Origin: Octopus vulgaris
Taxonomy: Eukaryota
DNA length: 64,000 bases
Assembly: GCA_951406725.2 (NCBI GenBank)
Contig: OX597814.1
Coordinates: 50,096,001 to 50,160,000, forward strand
Direction: 5' to 3'
How positions within the stretch are numbered: position 1 is the first letter of the stretch; every line of letters starts with the position of its first letter. This document shows positions 13,214-26,700 of the stretch, piece after piece. A program made the position numbers and the translations under genes. Below the pieces are notes generated by a model, which had not been told where the DNA came from, did no database searches, and was given only the letters and a program-made list of their open reading frames with translations.

Positions 13214-13724
13214 AATAACCTTTGCATTTGATTTTTTAATGTCTTTACCCCCATACTTTCGTGAGTTGAATTGAGCAAGCACTATATGAGAGAGATTTTC
13301 TTTAAGTATTAGAAATAGTTTTAAAAAAGTTTTTTTAGCTGCTATTTCTAATGAGTTCAGTATGTGGCAAAGTAATTTATTTTACTAAGCCCTTTTATAT
13401 AATGTAATAATTTGAATTCGCCTTAAATGGTCCCTTTACATACTGAACACTTGGTGAAATTGATTAATAATTAATTAATTAATTTTACCCTCAATTGTTG
13501 AAATTATAATTCATCTCTCTCTATTTAATGTTTCGGATTTACCGAAAAAGCTTAGCGTTTGGTGATTTTAACCCACGCTGGTGGAAAGGGGAGAGCAGAA
13601 ATTCTTCGCTTGCATTTTTTGGGTATGCTGGCACTGTTAGTTTCGAGCAGATCTTCAGAAGCGATGGGAAGCCGAAAGGGTATGCTCCCACTTTCAGTGT
13701 TTTCAAATCCAAACCAAGGAGTTC

Positions 13725-13777
13725 TGAGCTGATGATAGAAATGTCGAGTTTGACTAATCTTGAAACGTACGTTCTCA
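13725..13777 (+). ncRNA. Type-I hammerhead ribozyme (array copy 3)
   Basis: Identical to 13161-13213 and 564 bp downstream in the same orientation. Confidence 0.82.
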
Positions 13778-13953
13778 AATAACCTTTGCATTTGATTTTT
13801 TAATGTCTTTACCCCATACTTTCGTGAGTTGAATTGAGCAAGCACTATATGAGAGAGATTTTCTTTAAGTATTAGAAATAGTTTTAAAAAAGTTTTTTAG
13901 CTGCTATTTCTAATGAGTTCAGTATGTGGCAAAGTAATTTATTTTACTAAGCC

Positions 13954-14006
<53 letters not shown>

Positions 14007-14029
14007 CATAAATGCATGTATATTTTTTC

Positions 14030-15370
14030 AATGTGTACGAATAACAAGGAAAAAAATAAATGGTTACCAGGATACCAAAAAATTACGTAAGTGCCAAATA
14101 TATTACAGCCTAATTATAAAGATAGAAATTCCATGGTTAAGAGAAATGTCTTTGCATAACATGGATAAAGTACGAAATGGGTCAAACGCAGGTGAAATTC
14201 AAATCATTTATACATCCAAATATGTTTCGAAGAAAGCATTGAAATTATTCCGGAAGGAATAAAAAGGATGAAAAACAATGCAATTATCTAGTGAGGGAAA
14301 AAAATGAACAAGACACATCAATAAGCCGTATACAGTAAGTATATGATGAATGTAGAACACTAGCAAGTTATTTTTTAAAAATCCGTTAATGGATTTAACG
14401 TCAAAGGTAAATCAGAGAAAGAGAAGGAAAAGAAAGAAAGAAATTAACAGAAAATTAAAAGTGGAAAAATATAATGTGATAGATGAATGGGAATAAATTT
14501 TAAAAGCATGGAAATAGAGATATATGTAGTAGATGTGAAATGTAAGACTGTTAAAGTAGAATTTTATAGATTGGTAGAAATTACTAGTAGGAACTAAATA
14601 TATGTTTTTGTCAATGTTTTCAACGATAAACACGTTCTTTAAACGCGTTTACAAGAGTACTCTTCGAGAAAAGGATGAAAAATAGCTCTTCGTTACAGAG
14701 CGGAGAGAAAGATTTACCTTTGTCATATGGGAAGGATATAGATAGAATTTTCCATTCCAAAATGCATTGTTTATTATGTTTATTAAAGACCAAATTAATT
14801 TCCTAAGCCCAGTTTTGTTGCGTTTATTGATATATCTTAATGTAGAATAATGATTAGATATTATTTCCGACAACTGAGACGAAGAACTACCTATATAAAA
14901 AAAGACATCAGAACTGGAAGTAAATTTAAATCGATAAATAGAGTTTCTGGTCTTAGAGTTACTTCTAGGGAGACGAATATAAATTCGATTTGAATTTATA
15001 TCAGAAATATTAATATTGTTGCTGTTATTGTTTAAAGAATGATAACGTTAATGATATCACTGTTATTATTTTCATTAAGTGGATTTGTATTTAATAACTT
15101 ATGGTTATGTGAAAAAATTATTTGTGAAAGATTTTTGGTGCTTGGAAAACCTATCCTAGTTAAGTGTGAATTGATAATGAAATGGTATCAGGAATTTTTT
15201 GGAAAATTTTTATCTATAGCTTCACAAAACTGATAAGGAATGTTGGATTTGATCTGCTTATCAAATGGAATGATCAGCCAAATCGCTTTACTAGAACCCA
15301 CCTTGTTATTTGGGTAATTTTATTTAAAAACCCTCCATTTATTTTTATAGAGACAACCGTTCTTTATTTC
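14030..15370 (-). mobile_element. Decayed Penelope-like element, 3' part (GIY-YIG remnant and 3' UTR)
   Basis: Minus frame reads SIYRFKFTSSSDVFFYIGSSSSQLSEIISNHYSTLRYINKRNKTGLRKLIWSL, a GIY-YIG-like pattern. Confidence 0.6.
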
Positions 15371-15377
15371 CCTTTAT

Positions 15378-16930
15378 ACGCATTAACCCAGCTAAAACTG
15401 AAATAGGCATTATTAGCAAATATATTTTAGATTGTATTTTAAGCAAGTGAAATAGAGAATTAAATTTACGGATTTGAAAAAAAATAGCAAGTCAGTGATA
15501 GATTGGTTCAAAGGAATTAGCCATAAGGATAACTGCAAATTTACGCAGTTTGATATTGTTGATTTTTACCTGTCAATATCTAGGCCTTTGCTTCTAAAAG
15601 CATTAAACTTCACCAAGCAGTATGTCCCTATCGATAGCTCGGAAATTGATATTATCCGTCATGCAAGGAAATTCCTTCTTTTTTACGATGAATCTACCTG
15701 GGTAAAAAAGAGTGAGGATTCTCTATTCGATGTGGCGATGGGGGCATATGATGGGGCGGAGTTGTGTATGCTTGTAGGAACTTATATTTTGCATAACCTG
15801 CATCTAGAATTCTCTTTTATAGATGTAGGGATTATACAGGGATGATGGTCTTATAGTCACCCATAATTTAAACGGCCATGAGTTAGACAAACTTATGAAG
15901 AATCTGATTACTTTGTTCCAAAGAATGGACTTACGGATTACGATAGAAAGTAACCTTAATAACGTAGATCTTTTAGATATCAACCTAGATTTGCAATGAG
16001 ATAAATTTAACCCCTACCGCAAGCCCAACGCAAAGCTATGTTATGTTAGCAAAGAATCAAATCATCCACCCGTAGTTCTTAAAAACCCAGTTAGTAATGT
16101 GGAAAGGCGAACATCATCAATTTCTTCAGATGAGACAGCATTTCAAAATGCCGCGCCGTATTATAATAATGCATTAACGAAAAGTGGATTCTCGGAGAAG
16201 ATCCAGTATAGTCAAGCTAATTCTAACAATAATAGACCACGTAGAATTAGATCTTGGAAAGTTTGTGATTTTACCTCGCATTTAATATTGCTATAAAAAT
16301 TAAAATAGGTAGGGAATTCTTAAAATTTATTTTAAAATATTTTCAATCTAGCCATAAGTTCTATATAATTTTTAATAGAAGCGTTAGCTATTCTTGATGC
16401 AAAAACTTCGCCTCTTATATTAATCAGCATGACACGAAAATATTACAACCACAGTGCCGAATCTAATCAGAGGAACTGCAACAGCAAAGGTAAGACTTGA
16501 TGTCCATTGGAAGGTAAATGTCTTGAAAAAGGAATCACTTATAGCACAAAGTGAAAGTAGATGGATTACAAGAATATAAGACTTATACAGGGGCATCGGA
16601 AAATTGATTTAAGACTCGGTTTTATTCTTACCTAAATTCTTTCCGATACTCCAAGAATAGGACAGCAACAAGTCTAGCAAAGCATGTCTGGGAATTTAAA
16701 GTGAATCGCACCCTTTCTTTCAATGTAACCTGGGGAAAGCTTGAAAAAGCATCATCATACAAACATGGAGCTTATAAAAGACCCATGAAATGTAATCTTT
16801 GCCCCTCAGAAAAGTTCTTTATCCTGTTCCAGAATAAACAAGCTTTGAACCAGAGATGCGAGCTCTTAAATTCCTGCAGCCACGCGGCGAGGTTTCAAAT
16901 GTCAACCGATAAAATACCGCATGCGTAAAA
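15378..16930 (+). mobile_element. Decayed Penelope-like element (RT + Cys linker + GIY-YIG), Naiad-like
   Basis: INPAKTEIG, FTQFDIVDFY, FDVAMGAYDGAELCMLVG, (Y)RDDGL, PYRKPN, SNHPP, CPLEGKCL, YTGASEN, CNLC..EK and NQRCELL..CSH, with frameshifts and stops. Confidence 0.9.
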
Positions 16931-17568
16931 TGTATTGACTTTCGGAAAATGTTGACTGTCGTATATGAATTTGACTTTACACCTTATAGTTATTTTGTAC
17001 TACAAAAGCTAGTGCATATTTCGACTTCACTTTTACAGATTTACAAATTTAAGCTGAAGTTTCACCGATGTTTATTTTTATTGTTTACTCACATATTTAA
17101 TTATGCTATTTTAATTTATTTTGCAATTTTCTCATTTTAAAAATTTAATATTATATATACCAGGCGATTTTTAAAAATGTTTCCGTATATACGCTATGAT
17201 GTATATATTTATCTTGATGTGAATATATGTTGCACTCTGTATATATGTATAAGTATGTATTGTAGGTATGTGTATATATGTGTGTATATATATAGGCAGA
17301 GGGAGGAAGAGGAGAGAGAAGAGAAAGAGAGAGACATAGTAAGAGAGAGAGAGAGAAAAGAGAATGAAGAATATACGAGGGAAATGGAGAGACAATGAGA
17401 GGGAGAAGTATTATATTAAGGAGAGATGGAAAACGAAAAATATACGAGAGAGGGAAAAGAGAAAGATATGAAAGAGTGAGGGAGAGAGATGAGGGAAAAG
17501 GGGGAGATATCAAGGAGAGAAAAGTAGAGCAGGTAACGAGGTCGTGAGGGAATGAGAAAAATAGAGGG

Positions 17569-17639
<71 letters not shown>

Positions 17640-17786
17640 ATCTATATATATATATATTATATATATTATGTATGTATATATATATAAAGTTAATCCAAAC
17701 AGGAAAGCACAAAAAAACACAACAACGCGAGGACGTGGAACAAATATAGTATTATTGGGTGCTCAGGTAAGAAGGAAAGAAGGAGG

Positions 17787-17821
17787 GCTTAACGTTTCGA
17801 GCGGAGCTCTTCGTCGGAAAC
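17787..17821 (-). ncRNA. Minimal hammerhead-like motif (U4C) in a ~200-bp repeat (17685-17890)
   Basis: Minus strand: GTTT-CCGACGA-a-GAGC tcc GCTC-GAAA-CG-TT-AAGC, with palindrome AACGTT. Confidence 0.6.
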
Positions 17822-17910
17822 ATAGGAGAAGGAAAGATCCAGAGAAGGGAAGACAGAGGAAAAAATCGCCAACGGTACACACGCGGTCACACACACACAC
17901 ACACACACAC

Positions 17911-17955
<45 letters not shown>

Positions 17956-17975
17956 TATATATATTATATATATAT

Positions 17976-18019
<44 letters not shown>

Positions 18020-18045
18020 TATACATATATTTATTACCTATGTAT

Positions 18046-18098
<53 letters not shown>

Positions 18099-18170
18099 GG
18101 TGCTATTAAGTTAGACATGGCCTGGGCCAATAATGGCCGAAACCTATCAAAGTATCAAAGTATCAAAGTA
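18099..18170 (+). mobile_element. Extremely 5'-truncated LINE 3' tail with (TATCAAAG)3
   Basis: GGCCAATAATGGCC-GAAAC hairpin followed by an 8-mer tandem tail, inside (TA)n. Confidence 0.5.
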
Positions 18171-18234
18171 TATATATATATATATATATGTATGTATATA
18201 TATATATCATATATCATATAATAAAGCTTTAATC

Positions 18235-19810
18235 TTTGCTCTTAATTTCACAATTCCCCCACAGGTTATCGACATCATATTAACCGCCAGAAAAAAACTG
18301 TAATTCATTTTAACAACACAAACTAGACAAAGTCCAATAGATATGATCATTTTGATATAACAATGGGTTCATCACACTTTGCACAAATTACAGATCTGGT
18401 GGGCCTATTTTTATTACCACAAATTAAATCAAACTTGGCCGATATAGCGGGCGGATAATACAGGGATGACGCTCTTCTCATTATTACCGGCTTATCCAAA
18501 CCAGCAGTCGAAGGCACTAACAAAATGATACAGAAATTTCTCAAAATTACTATAACTTAGATATTTAATTTGAAACCGATACCATCCATTTTATCGATTA
18601 ATCTGAATCTAAATACCAACTTATACAAACCATATCATAAACAGAATCAAATACTACAGTACATAAATGTTCCCTCCGATCATCCTACAATTACTATAAA
18701 AAGTATTGTAACCGGAATTTCAATAAGGATATCGAATTTATCTTCTAACAAGACAATATTTAACAACCACGCTCCACGGTACAACCAAGCATTACAGTTA
18801 AGTGCTTTCCAGGAAAAAATATATTATATATATACTACTATACTAAAAACAAAAATGGCAAAGACATTTCCTGAAAAGAATGCCAAACCTATGAAATCTG
18901 CCTCTATTGAAAATCAATTAAATAATCCGAAACCAAAGTTACACAAAAGACCACACCGACCGTACCAAAAATCTACGTTAAACTCGTATGATACCCCCAA
19001 ATGGAAATATAACAATGCCCAAGAATCTATCTAAAACGGAGAAAACGGAAAATCATTTGGTACGCTCCTCCTTTTTTCCTTCTAATAAAATCTTTACCGA
19101 AACTTTTCTTTAAAATTTTAAGAATAAACTTTCCGAAACACTATTCCGTATTCAATAAATCTTCCGTGAAAATTTGTTACTCTACAATCGAAAATTAGTG
19201 CACAGACAGCTAAATACAGTAAGTCAGATAAACACAAAAATCCTGGCCAATTTTCCAACAATAAAACACACAGAACTCTTAGCTCCAATACGATTGTCCA
19301 GTCTCAAATTGATATCCACAATCTAAATAAGACTACTGGCCAGCAAACTAATACTTCGGTCCCAAATTTATCCAAATTAAAAACTAAAATAGTAAAAAAC
19401 TGAAAAGTAATAAACAATAAAAAGATTCAATTGTCGCGTAAAAGATTCCTGTCCCCTTACTGGACATTGTGCGCAGTATAACGTTGTTTATAAATGTCAG
19501 GTGTCCACACAAGATGCACAGAATAAAATATATATCGGTAACACCATTGATTTCAAGCGGAGATATCGAAATCACAGCAACTCTTTTAACGACCTTAAAT
19601 ATAAAACCGTTACCACGGGAAATGTGTTTGCCATTTTTGTTTTTTTCAAAATTAAAAACAAAATCCATGCATTGAAGCCCTGTGATATAACACTAATTTA
19701 GGTAGGTGTAAATTATTTATAAGAGAAACGCTCGTCATTCTTCGAATGCACAACCCATCACTATTAAACACATTCTCAGACGTGGTTTTCTCATGCAAAC
19801 ATAAAACTTA
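18235..19810 (+). mobile_element. Decayed Penelope-like element (RT + GIY-YIG), second family
   Basis: FDITMGSSHFAQITDLVGLFLL, YRDDAL, YKPYHKQN, SDHP, IIWYAPPF and KIYIGNTIDFKRRYRNHSNSF. Confidence 0.85.
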
Positions 19811-20069
19811 CACAACAACCTTACACTATAATTACTTTGATTAGAATTGAACTAGGATGTAGTTTAAAACAAATTCTCCAGGGAATACAGTCCCATTTCC
19901 ATTAACCGGTACCTGTGGACCATGTGTTTTACTGAGTCTATCTTCTTTATGTAGTGGCGTTGGATCGCCTCTAGTTCCGCAATTAGTTTTACGGTCTGTG
20001 ATGATCACAGTTGGGAGCAGTAGTCGAGACAACTGAGAGCAAAATTTCTCCAAAGCAGAAGCACTGTGT

Positions 20070-20760
20070 CTCAGTTACTGGTCCTGAAGGATCTAAGGAT
20101 CCAATTTACTACCCGCCAGCATAATGTTTCCATCTGAACAATGTACACATGGAAAGTTGCATCGTTGCTCATGTGGATTCCCAGGTCACGCTCCGACTCT
20201 AACTCTGGGATTTTATGGCCTGCTGATCCCAGTTGTTGTTTGTTTGTGGGCTGAGGCATTGAACTGCATATTATTCTCTTCTGTCCACTTACATATTGCA
20301 TCCAGTTTATTCTGCAGTATTAGATTGTCAGTAGGATCCTTGACCGCCTGCGATACTTTTGTATCGTTGGTAGAGCTGGCGAGTGTGGTTGACTCTATGG
20401 CTAAGAGCATGTCCGAGAGAGCAACCACAAACAGTAGTGGTTTCATCACTGTTCCCTAGAGGACTCCACTGAGGATTAGTGACACTTTGCAGAGAGCACC
20501 ATTTGCTGTGACAGCCTAACTTCTGCCTTACAGGAAATCATACTGCCACTCTCCCAGTCTACCAGCGATACCGAGGTCACGCAATTTGTGATATGACTTT
20601 CTCTTGGCAAAGTCGAGATATATCACACCCAAATTCGAGTGGTTGAGGTTTTTGTTTTAGTACCCAGTCAAAGTGCTGTACTAGCTGTGATAGGCAGTTC
20701 CTTCCAGGACTGGAGTCATGTTGATTGTTTCTTGGCAAGTCATTTTCTTCTAGGAGAATC
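20070..20760 (-). mobile_element. CR1/L2-group LINE RT fragment
   Basis: Minus frames: IYLDFAK, SGVL*GTVMKPLLFVVALSDM...NDTKV, WTEENNMQFN and ERDLGI; homologous to 1190-3266. Confidence 0.85.
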
Positions 20761-23700
20761 CGCTCTTGTGGTTTTGACTGTTTGTTGCTTTCAAAACTTT
20801 TATGGAGCGTAGAATTTCATACAGCTTTGGGTCCGGTATGTAGTATTGGAAGGCTTTGGATACTAGTAGTATATGTTTCGTTGTTTCTGGGATTGTATGT
20901 GGAAATATAAGGTAATATTTCTCTCCCCCCACTCTCTCTCTGCATATATATGTTGTATGTATGTATGTATGGAGTAAAGGCAGAGATTACGAACGGAGAT
21001 ACGTTGTTACTTCTGAAAGAGTTACAAGATTTGGTGTGTGGAAAGTCTGGACATTTCACAAACAGCAGGAACAATATGTGGATGTTGTTTATTCATATAG
21101 TAGAAGGTGGACAAGAAAGAGAGAGAGAAAGAAGTTAAGTGTGAGGCAGGCGATAATAGATGTTGTAGACTGATCTCAATAGGGGTACTGATCTGCATAC
21201 TTGTAAATAGGCTTTTTTGACATTTACAGAACATAGATAGGTATAGAGGTGAAGCTCGTGAGAATTTCAAGAAATCCTGGTCAGAAATTGATCATGTATT
21301 ATACAGGGGAGTATAGTTTAACTAAATTATCAACTGTTTTAGTCGTATGGCACAATTTAAGAGATGATGGGTCTCTGGAGACATACTGACTTATGGGTTT
21401 TGACGCAAACATAAATGTAAGCTGGTGAAAATTCACCAATAGCTTTGATCATTTTGAAATCTTTGTTTTATACTGTTAACGGCGTCAATAAGTCGGTTGA
21501 GAAGGACTTTATATTGCAGTGTTGTATCTCATGGGATTCTTTTGAATTTGGAGCTGTCATAGAGATTTTAATTGATTTTATGGTTGTATTCTTCAGTATC
21601 TAAAATGACGATGATGTTACTTTTATCACGTTTTAAAAACAAATAATGATAGTTTTAGTGTTTGAAAATGCTGTGTAGGTAAGTATTTTATAAACCAAGA
21701 TTTTCCGTTGGTTTCGCTTCTCATTAGCAGTTATTTTATTTTAACCACTTCCAAATACCTTTTCAAGAAGCATGAATGTCAAAACTTCCGTAAATGTTGC
21801 ATTCACGAGCATTCTGTAGCTATTTTAGTAGAATACACAAGTATTGACATATGCGCGTCTTAAAAGCAACTGGAAATACAAACACGAGTGCGCGCACGCA
21901 TGTGTGCTCACGAACACACATTCTGGGTGTCTGTATGTATACATGCACATTAAACCACCATGTAGAGCAGTGAATGTTTCTAAAATATATCGCGAATTCT
22001 TTATTTCAAGTCACCATTCACACTGATGTGTATAGATTTGTCTGCGTGTTCGTATATATGAATGTATACAAAATACACATACAAACACACATGTATGGAT
22101 ATACATATATGCACACATATATATGTATGTGTACATGTACATACATCTATGTGTACATGTATGTATAATGTATACAAACACGTAAGTGTATATACATGTG
22201 CATGCATACAGACATTTCATACATAGTAATCACTGATCACCTCTAATCTAAGAGTCATATGAATAATGAGATAGAAAAAGGTGCACATGCCAAGACTCTT
22301 CTACAAAATACGTAAATTATTCCAGTCAGGTATGTTGAGATATAGTTGAAAAAGTTAAATAATACCTTTATCAACAGCTGCACATTATTTTCTATGAGAA
22401 CAGTCAACGCTATAAGTAATATTCCATAACTAATATCGTATAAGTAATATTCCATTCAGAAGGATATGAAACTACCAGAGTAGAAGCAAAATGGTGTTGA
22501 CATGATAATAATTAGTATCTAAAACGTTTTATTATCATCGAACAAACACAGTGTATACTTAATCATGGTTATCTGTTTGTTTTGTTCTTGTATGCAGTCT
22601 GTCAATTTTTCCATGAACATTGTAAATACATAAAAATGATATATTACGAACAATAGAAAGATGGCAAAAAAACAGATTTGTGCCACAGAATGTGACAAAA
22701 CAAATCTGTTGACAAAACTTTCACAACGCACACACATAAAACAAAAAGAAAAAGCAACAGAAAAGCGTACAAACACAAAAGGGAAATTTATCGCAGTCTC
22801 CGAACCTTGCTCAGCTTAAGTGCACTAAAATTTCTTGGTAATGTTTTTAATAACTGGAAAAGTACTATGGATAATAAAATCGGAAGAGTCAGACAAAATC
22901 TTTAGGTACATGTAAATTCGGTTCACAGTTTAATTTCCATTCTAGTAAACACAGGGGAAGGAAACACACCTTAGCATATTTCCAAAAACTGGGATAAATT
23001 CGCATAGAAAATGAAAGACATAGAATAGTTTGCTGCGTATAGTGTAGAATTTGAGGCGAAGCGGAGCTGCAAACTTGGAAGCTTTTTCCCTGGAGTTGTT
23101 AATAACATCACCATCTTGACTGAGGTGAGAAATTATCAATTTTCTTAGTATTCATCTTAGAAAGCTCTGCTGGGGAGCTGGCTTGAAGGCTGTATAATGC
23201 ATACGTATTTTCATATAACCATATATGTATGGCGTCTTAGCATCAACAATAAATGTCGAATAAACACTTCCCAACCAACAAACCAACGTCAGAGATTCAC
23301 ATCAGCACAGTGTACCATTGTACATCTATATGGACTAGGTTAGCATTAAGCCATAGACCCAATTACAGCTTTCAGAGACATTTCCCCGCGCATTGTCCCC
23401 ATCAGTCAATAAGTCCTTTACACATATCGAGTGTATTGCCCCTCATTTATAAAAATATATTGATAAGCACTATGGTTAGATTTTTACGAAATGAGTGAAT
23501 AATACATCAACTAGATATTGTTCAAAGACAGTTATCATAACGTCTACTGTTATGGAAAAGAATCATACACAGAAAAGATTATGATATAAAAAAGGAAACT
23601 TGCGCGAAGGAAAATATATACAACAAAATTATACTGAGCCTACAGCGATTACATCATTAATATATTGCTAAATTATCTAAGACTAGGAAACTCGGTTGCA

Positions 23701-26700
23701 AAATTGCATTAACTCAGTGATATTGACTGTATGGAAAATTTTAAAGAAAAGACACATGCGGTCACCGTTTTTACATCAACAAACTAATTTTGTGCTAAAA
23801 CGTGAGAGGTAAATAAATCACGAGATTACGTCTACCACAACGCACACATAAAAATATGCCACTGCACGAACACATCCATCAATCCGTCTGTCCATCCGTC
23901 CGAACGTCCGTCCATCTGTCCGTCCATGTATCCATCGATCCAACTGTTATCCATCCATCCATCTTCCTCATGCAGACACATTTTCTCGTATGTTGGCTAC
24001 TTTATAGCTTCTTTAATTGCTATTCCCTTTTATTGTGTATGCGTATTTTTACGATTAAGTGTACACGTAAACTCCAAGATAAGTAATATACAAAGGATAA
24101 TACTGAGAATTTGGTGCATGAGGTCTAGTCGATTTAATCGATCAGCACTTGACTGGTGTTTTAGTTTATGAATACCAGAGAAACGGAAGGCAAAGTTAAA
24201 CTTTGCGGTATTTTAACTTTGAACGGAAAGATCTGGAACAAATATGGCAAAATATTTTGTCCGAGGATCTAAGAATTTTGCCCATCCAACCCTGTAATAT
24301 TAGAACCAGAAGACGTATATTTCAAAATAAAAATCAGAACTGTAAGCTCATACAGGATTGTTTAGATGTGTTTCTTTAAGATAACTGCAGAACAAACAAT
24401 ATGGTGACTGAAGATTAAGAAAGAAAGAAAGAAAGAAACAAACAAACAAAGAAAAAAGAAAGCAGAGTCTAGCGTTTTGCCAAAAAGCTCGTTATCAAGA
24501 ACACTGTCCTTAAGATAGTAAAACATCTGAGAATATGACTGGACTCTAAGAAGATGCTTATCTTTTTGTCCATTCTTCAGGAATATTAGAATCACAGTCC
24601 CTTGCCAATGTTTCATCTGCTATAGCTGATGTCATTACAATATCGACTACAAACTTGCCCTTACAATATCGCTAAAAACTGAAGTCATAACAAATTAGGC
24701 TTGATCTGGAATATTCCAGAGTAACAGCTTACCTAAAATACTGTTTGTCAGGGCAGTGACCGGCTTGTCAGTTCTGTTGAATAAATGTCAAGGCAAGGTA
24801 TTCGATCACACAGGAGAGAAAGAATAATTAATGCCATTCAGATGAATTTTTTTTGTCTACGACAATAAGCTGTTTCCCAGTACTGTCTACATCGCCAAAA
24901 AGAGAGTTAGAATTGGTTGCAATATCTACATCACCCTTAGAAATGAAGTTTGGTTTGGGTAGGTAGTTAATTTTAAATCGATCAAATATTGTTGATAAAA
25001 CAAGGAATATGGATATTAACCTAATGACGAATGCTATAAATATCAACGATGTTTTATTCGTCATTAAAACCAGATAATTCCGCAGACTTTGCAAAACTGT
25101 TACATATGTTAAGTACTCTAAGTAAAGCTAATTACTTCAATAAGCTTCATACAACTTCTGTAAATGTTAGAGATTAAAAAAAAATATTTCAGCAAACTCG
25201 GGAAGATATAGAAGTTAGAACTGTTACGATTCAATAGGACTATCTCAAGTTTATGCGATACCAGTATTAGTAGGATGTTTCGCTTAACTTGGACGTCAAG
25301 ACTAAATTATTAACAATGCTGGTAACTTCCGAATCAACAATGAATAGACAGGGTTTATGTCGGGCTGTCAGTCCAAATGGTTTTCGAATGACGCATTGTA
25401 TCCCACCAACAAAACAAATTGCACTACAAAAGAAGAAATGAGTACAACGAATGTGTATTCAAAAGTTAAAGCAATACTGTCAGTTGAGAACTACTAAACA
25501 CGTAAGCTGAGTGCGTATAAGTTCACTGTGATCTCCCAGGGTAGCTGGACTTGGTGAACGGAAAATTAGAGGATAAATACTCATCATATCAGTAAAATAC
25601 GCAGGGTACACATGTGTACTCGATGAGGATAACAACAGCATTGACAGAAAGAGTAGCCTCTCCTACAGTTGTGATATATACCTTACAAGCAGCCTAGCCT
25701 ATAAGTAAACATCTTTGCGATATAAGACAACCAAATATGTGATGAACAAAATAAATAATACCGCCAAACACCATGTTGTGATAGAAAATGTCGAATCGGT
25801 GTGGAAGGTATCCTCAGTATCGACAAGTAGCTTCACCATAATGTTTCCAATGTACAACTTTTCCACGAGACATTGTTCCCCAAATTATTTACAATACTAT
25901 TCATAAGAAAGGTCATAATCATCACACATCAGGCAAACCAGAACCAAAGTGCCGCACATCTTTGAAAATAAAGAATACTCGTGGAACCTCCTAATGAAAA
26001 CAGAAATGCAGTGGCCCAAATGCAACACAGATTATATATTGGTGTGAAGGTATGCTGTATGCTTTTATAATTCACTTGAAAAAGCAAAAAATATACATAC
26101 TTGTGTCACTATCCCCACATGTGAACTTAGAGGGATCATGCTTGTTTATCTTGTTTCAATGTGTAAACTTTGTCACATGGCGGCAAACAAGAAAATGAAT
26201 TGTTCAGTGAGGCAAAAACAAAAGCCATACTCTGTTGTAAATATTAGCTGCTCAGTAGGTATGAGTGTCTTATACAAAGTAGAGGCAAAAATTAAACATG
26301 CACAATGAACAACTGGCAGCTTAAACACTTCCACCCTGGCTAAAACTCTGATGTATACGTATAATCAGAAAATATATATAATACATAACAGCATATTTAT
26401 ATAAAAACTTGAAAATTCTAGAAGTTTCGGAGACAGAACAACAAAAGCTAGCACGCTTCCTCCTAATTCAATAAATTAGTGTCACTGAAAATGTGCAAAT
26501 CTTTCTGAGGTCCTCTGAATGAACATATCACATGTGATCGTTCTGCATACGCATACATTCAGCTAAGCACACGCTCGTTTAATAAAGTGACATTATGTCA
26601 CCACGTCCACAAACGTATATTCACACATTGACTCACAACTTTACCAATCATTGAAAGTGTTTGTTTGACTCAAAGTAGGTTTGTCACTTTGTTCAATTTA

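Larger units (their letters stand above)
12305..13960. mobile_element. Retrozyme-like array of ~564-bp HHR-bearing units (~1.25 units minus, ~1.7 units plus)
   Basis: Near-identical repeats, seen as duplicated ORF translations on both strands. Inversion junction at CCAC 13009-13012. (TA)n on both flanks; three HHRs. Confidence 0.85.

Noticed and set aside
12534-13845. Triplicated 79-97 aa ORFs on both strands
   Set aside because: They are by-products of the repeated non-coding unit; no recognisable domain, and an indel alters one copy.
20965-26350. Scattered LINE-like peptide traces (e.g. NNSREKASKFA near 23100)
   Set aside because: Too decayed to delimit or classify by eye.
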